IMG/VR virus record: IMGVR_UViG_3300030329_004704
Coordinates: 1-28,917 of that record
Source: a virus
Lineage: Duplodnaviria; Caudoviricetes
Length of the DNA stretch: 28,917 bases
Direction: 5' to 3' (one strand)
Shown: in pieces, positions 26,380 to 28,917 of the stretch
Position numbering within the stretch: the stretch's first letter is position 1
How the letters are laid out: every line of letters starts with the position of its first letter
The notes under the pieces: generated by a model
Seen by the model: only the letters and a program-made list of their open reading frames with translations
Told to the model about the DNA's origin: nothing
The model's database searches: none
Program-made: the position numbers and the translations under genes

Positions 26380-26929
26380 CGTCATCATCATCAGATTCAG
26401 TATCAAAAGGAAGTTCACCTTGAGGTTCAGGTGCTGAATACCCTTCTTCCTTTTCAAATCCTGTGGAAGCTGCTGAATCATATTCAACTAGATCCAAGAC
26501 CTGAACTGAGTTGAAGTACAAAGTAACTCCAGATTTTCCATTTACTGTGTATGGAATTGGAGAATAAGCTACCTTAACCTTAGATCCCCATCCTAACTGA
26601 ACCTTGCATGGTTTCAGATCTGAATCTACAACTAGGATCTTGATGTTCTTTCTTTCTCCATTTGAGTCCTTGAAAGAAGATTTCTGTTTGAATTTAAACA
26701 AGATATTATCTCCATCTTCTTTGTACGGAAGGTGCTCTGATGGTTTTTTTCCTGAAGCTTTAACTTCCTCATCCACCCAAGAATCAATGTCTCTCATCCA
26801 GTTCTTTGCTTCCTTTGATTTTGCTGGTAACATCAGAGTAATCTGATATACATCATAATCTGGATGAGGTTTATCCAACCAAATCCATTTGCACTGAGCT
26901 TGTGGTGAAACTAACTTCAAATTCTTCAT
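26366..26929 (-). CDS. Single-stranded DNA-binding protein, T7 gp2.5-like
   Basis: Motifs SP.A...W..L.KP, FKFKQK, GSKVKV....PY......GVTL....VQVLDLVEY and an acidic tail ending in Phe (DDDDDDF). AAGGAG SD is present. Confidence 0.93.
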   Translation of the reverse strand: MKNLKLVSPQAQCKWIWLDKPHPDYDVYQITLMLPAKSKEAKNWMRDIDSWVDEEVKASGKKPSEHLPYKEDGDNILFKFKQKSSFKDSNGERKNIKILVVDSDLKPCKVQLGWGSKVKVAYSPIPYTVNGKSGVTLYFNSVQVLDLVEYDSAASTGFEKEEGYSAPEPQGELPFDTESDDDDDDDF

Positions 26930-26973
26930 TTGTTCTCCTTCTTATATTATTAATATATATATAGTGATTAGAT

Positions 26974-27153
26974 TTAATTTAGATTTAAATTTAGTTCCGT
27001 TTGTTCCTTTCTGTTACTGTTCAATTTAAATCTCATTATAAGATCATCTGCATTTATTCCTGAATTATTCAGATGTATATATAAGTCAACTGGTAATGGC
27101 TCTCCTCCTATTAAAATTAAAAAAGCTTCTTTTTCGAGGTCACTCATTTCCAT
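26974..27153 (-). CDS. Small hypothetical protein downstream of RNA polymerase
   Basis: Absent from the track. Translation MEMSDLEKEAFLILIGGEPLPVDLYIHLNNSGINADDLIMRFKLNSNRKEQTELNLNLN (59 aa). The G.PLPVDL...L...G pattern resembles the small post-RNAP ORF of marine T7-like phages. Confidence 0.65.
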   Translation of the reverse strand: MEMSDLEKEAFLILIGGEPLPVDLYIHLNNSGINADDLIMRFKLNSNRKEQTELNLNLN

Positions 27154-27157
27154 CTCT

Positions 27158-27181
27158 ATTCTATAGTAGGGGTTTTTAAAT
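27158..27181 (-). promoter_or_regulatory. Candidate phage RNAP promoter
   Basis: Minus-strand TTTAAAAACCCCTACTATAGAA contains the ACTATAG initiation core of T7-class promoters. It sits just after the RNAP gene, at the position of T7 phi1.1. Confidence 0.45.
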
Positions 27182-27183
27182 TC

Positions 27184-27214
27184 ATCATTGCAATTATGAC
27201 ACTAGTGCAATGAT
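27184..27214. repeat. Inverted repeat immediately after the RNAP stop
   Basis: Perfect 9-bp arms ATCATTGCA/TGCAATGAT with a 13-nt spacer. Confidence 0.6.
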
Positions 27215-27218
27215 ATTA

Positions 27219-28917
27219 TTAACAAAAAAAGTATGATGACTCCAATACCTGATTGATGTCTAAATTCCCCCTTTTTGGTGGTTCTGGAACTTCATCCAAA
27301 ACCTCTAATGCAGCCTTACGGTAATCCTCCAGAACATCATGATCTGTATAGATTTGAACAAAGGCTTTACGCAATAGTTCTGCTAACTTTGGTGTGTTAT
27401 GGGCATGTGTACCGTAGGAATCATGAATCATTGCAAAATCATGTATGTTATGATCCTTGCACATGTGTATGGTTAAGGTGAGTGCTGAAGCATCTAAGGA
27501 ATGAACGAAGTTAGGAGCACTACCATTTACTGAACGGAAGTTATCAATCCTTTCTTCATCTAATTCATGGACAACAGGCTTCAGTAATTTACCATCAATG
27601 GTAGTTTCAATCTGTCTCCACTTAAATGCTTTGTAGTGTTGATGAATGTACATTCCTGTGGGAGTTACCCATACGATAGGATGTCCTGCCTTTGAGAGTC
27701 TCTTGGAAACATCTCTGATCCAGTTCATGATTTCCCTTGCAGAGATTACTACTTCACCAATTGCAGACCAAACCTTAGTGGTTATCCAATTGGTGTACTT
27801 TCCTATGTGTTCATTCTCTAAGAGTGAAAACTCATGTCCTTTCCTACGCATCTCTTCTACATATTCCTCAACGTAACTCTGACAACTAAACCTGGTACCC
27901 CCATAGGGTACAACCATCACTGGTCTTTTAGTAAGTTTCCTATTGATCAGATCTGATTTAAGCCACTTCTTTGCAATGGGACAATCAGCTTCAGCATCCC
28001 TCTGGACTTCTCTTAATACCACATCAGCAACCTCTTGGTAAATGTCTTGTGGATTGTCTTCTTTTGTAAGATTGGTAGCTTTACCTCCTATCTCACATCT
28101 CAACATAGCTGAATAATGCTGTAAACCATTGTTAGAGCCATCTAAAGCTATCGGGAGATAGCTGAGTACCCCAAATCCTTTTTCTTTCAATACAGCCCAT
28201 TCTGAGCAGAAAGCAAAGAACTGCCAAGCATCATCAAATTGAGTCCACCAATCATAATCAAGTCCTAGTTCAGCACTTTTTATTATGTGTTCCTCATTGT
28301 CCAGAACCCATTGAATTCTTTCAGTAAAACTTACTTTGTCTACTCCTGCACAGTTAGCACCATGAATAGCCAACCAATCTGCCTGTTCTTGATTCTCTAT
28401 TGGTAATCCTTCAGCAAAAGTTAGTAAAGCTTTAGCATATTCAGTACCTTGTGGAGTCAGGAAGGAATTTATAGTGTATTTTCTTCCTCGAAAATCTGCT
28501 TGGTAGGGAAAATAGATCTGATCGTACTCCTTGTATTTCTTTGCAAGTGAAAGAGTTCTGATAAACTGAAGGATTCTGGATTTCCTACTGATATTCTCAT
28601 GGTAGATTGGAGTTACATTTTTCTTCCAGTTATTGAATTTTATTCTATCTGATTCTGAAAGCTGAGACTTTCTAACTCCTTTTGGAATGGGACTTGGAGG
28701 GATATCAAGTTCCCTGTGATCTGGCATAGAACCAATGACTCTTTCCTGTTCCCATGCCTCTTCCATGACCTTCAGGACAGGCTCATTAATCTTCCATTTG
28801 GTTTCTTGAAGGGCATTAGTACACTGGTACTCCATGTCCATTTTGTAATATGTCAGTTCATCTGGTTTTATTTTATGAGAGATTTTTACATAGGGAAGTC
28901 TGTGAGTCAGGTATCCT
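27219..28917 (-). CDS. Single-subunit DNA-dependent RNA polymerase, T7 gp1-like (N-terminus outside window)
   Basis: The frame is open to the window edge (GYLTHRLPYVK...). Motifs DFRGRKY, motif A DGSNNGLQH, PQDIYQEVA, motif B RKLTKRPVMVVPYG, APNFVHSLDA, motif C IHDSYGTH and C-terminal YFFC. Confidence 0.98.
   Translation of the reverse strand, partial: GYLTHRLPYVKISHKIKPDELTYYKMDMEYQCTNALQETKWKINEPVLKVMEEAWEQERVIGSMPDHRELDIPPSPIPKGVRKSQLSESDRIKFNNWKKNVTPIYHENISRKSRILQFIRTLSLAKKYKEYDQIYFPYQADFRGRKYTINSFLTPQGTEYAKALLTFAEGLPIENQEQADWLAIHGANCAGVDKVSFTERIQWVLDNEEHIIKSAELGLDYDWWTQFDDAWQFFAFCSEWAVLKEKGFGVLSYLPIALDGSNNGLQHYSAMLRCEIGGKATNLTKEDNPQDIYQEVADVVLREVQRDAEADCPIAKKWLKSDLINRKLTKRPVMVVPYGGTRFSCQSYVEEYVEEMRRKGHEFSLLENEHIGKYTNWITTKVWSAIGEVVISAREIMNWIRDVSKRLSKAGHPIVWVTPTGMYIHQHYKAFKWRQIETTIDGKLLKPVVHELDEERIDNFRSVNGSAPNFVHSLDASALTLTIHMCKDHNIHDFAMIHDSYGTHAHNTPKLAELLRKAFVQIYTDHDVLEDYRKAALEVLDEVPEPPKRGNLDINQVLESSYFFC

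Noticed and set aside
26380-26487. Extended N-terminus of endonuclease I containing MMMTMM
   Set aside because: It is an out-of-frame reading of the SSB poly-Asp (GAT) tail; similarity to gp3 begins near YKSGLE.
1922-27876. All plus-strand ORFs in the track (e.g. 4223-4645, 12604-12993, 21255-21575) and short alternative-frame minus ORFs (e.g. 22994-23374)
   Set aside because: They lie antisense to or nested in well-supported genes, have no recognisable motifs and show the composition of shadow ORFs.
1-28917. CRISPR arrays, tRNAs, inteins, stop-codon reassignment, diversity-generating retroelement
   Set aside because: By eye I saw no spaced direct repeats, cloverleafs, intein-sized insertions in RNR, polymerase or helicase, or reverse transcriptase. 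Core genes are full length under the standard code.

Overview
This window is 28.9 kb of an AT-rich T7-like podophage (Autographiviridae-type), with every supported gene on the minus strand. Read from the right end, the replication module is: single-subunit RNA polymerase (5'-truncated), a small ORF, SSB, endonuclease I, a small basic ORF, primase/helicase, family A DNA polymerase, a free-standing PD-(D/E)XK endonuclease, a micro-ORF, 5'-3' exonuclease, a DUF3310-type protein and a class II (B12-dependent) ribonucleotide reductase. The virion module follows: gp6.5-like, gp6.7-like, a putative GNAT-fold protein, a leader/Cys/poly-Gly protein, portal, scaffold, major capsid, tail tube A and B, gp13-16-like internal proteins, and a tail fibre truncated at the window edge. 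The compact replication module, with no ligase, gp2 or gp3.5 and with an RNR, resembles marine T7-like phages. The most interesting observations are (1) two parallel, ATGA-coupled pairs of a putative acyltransferase and a small-residue-rich virion protein, one substrate having a leader-Cys-poly-Gly architecture, (2) a structured 150-nt leader and a tandem-hairpin trailer around a capsid gene with no Shine-Dalgarno sequence, (3) several small ORFs missed by the ORF track, and (4) a DNA polymerase lacking the thioredoxin-binding domain. All family assignments come from motif recognition and synteny, not database searches.
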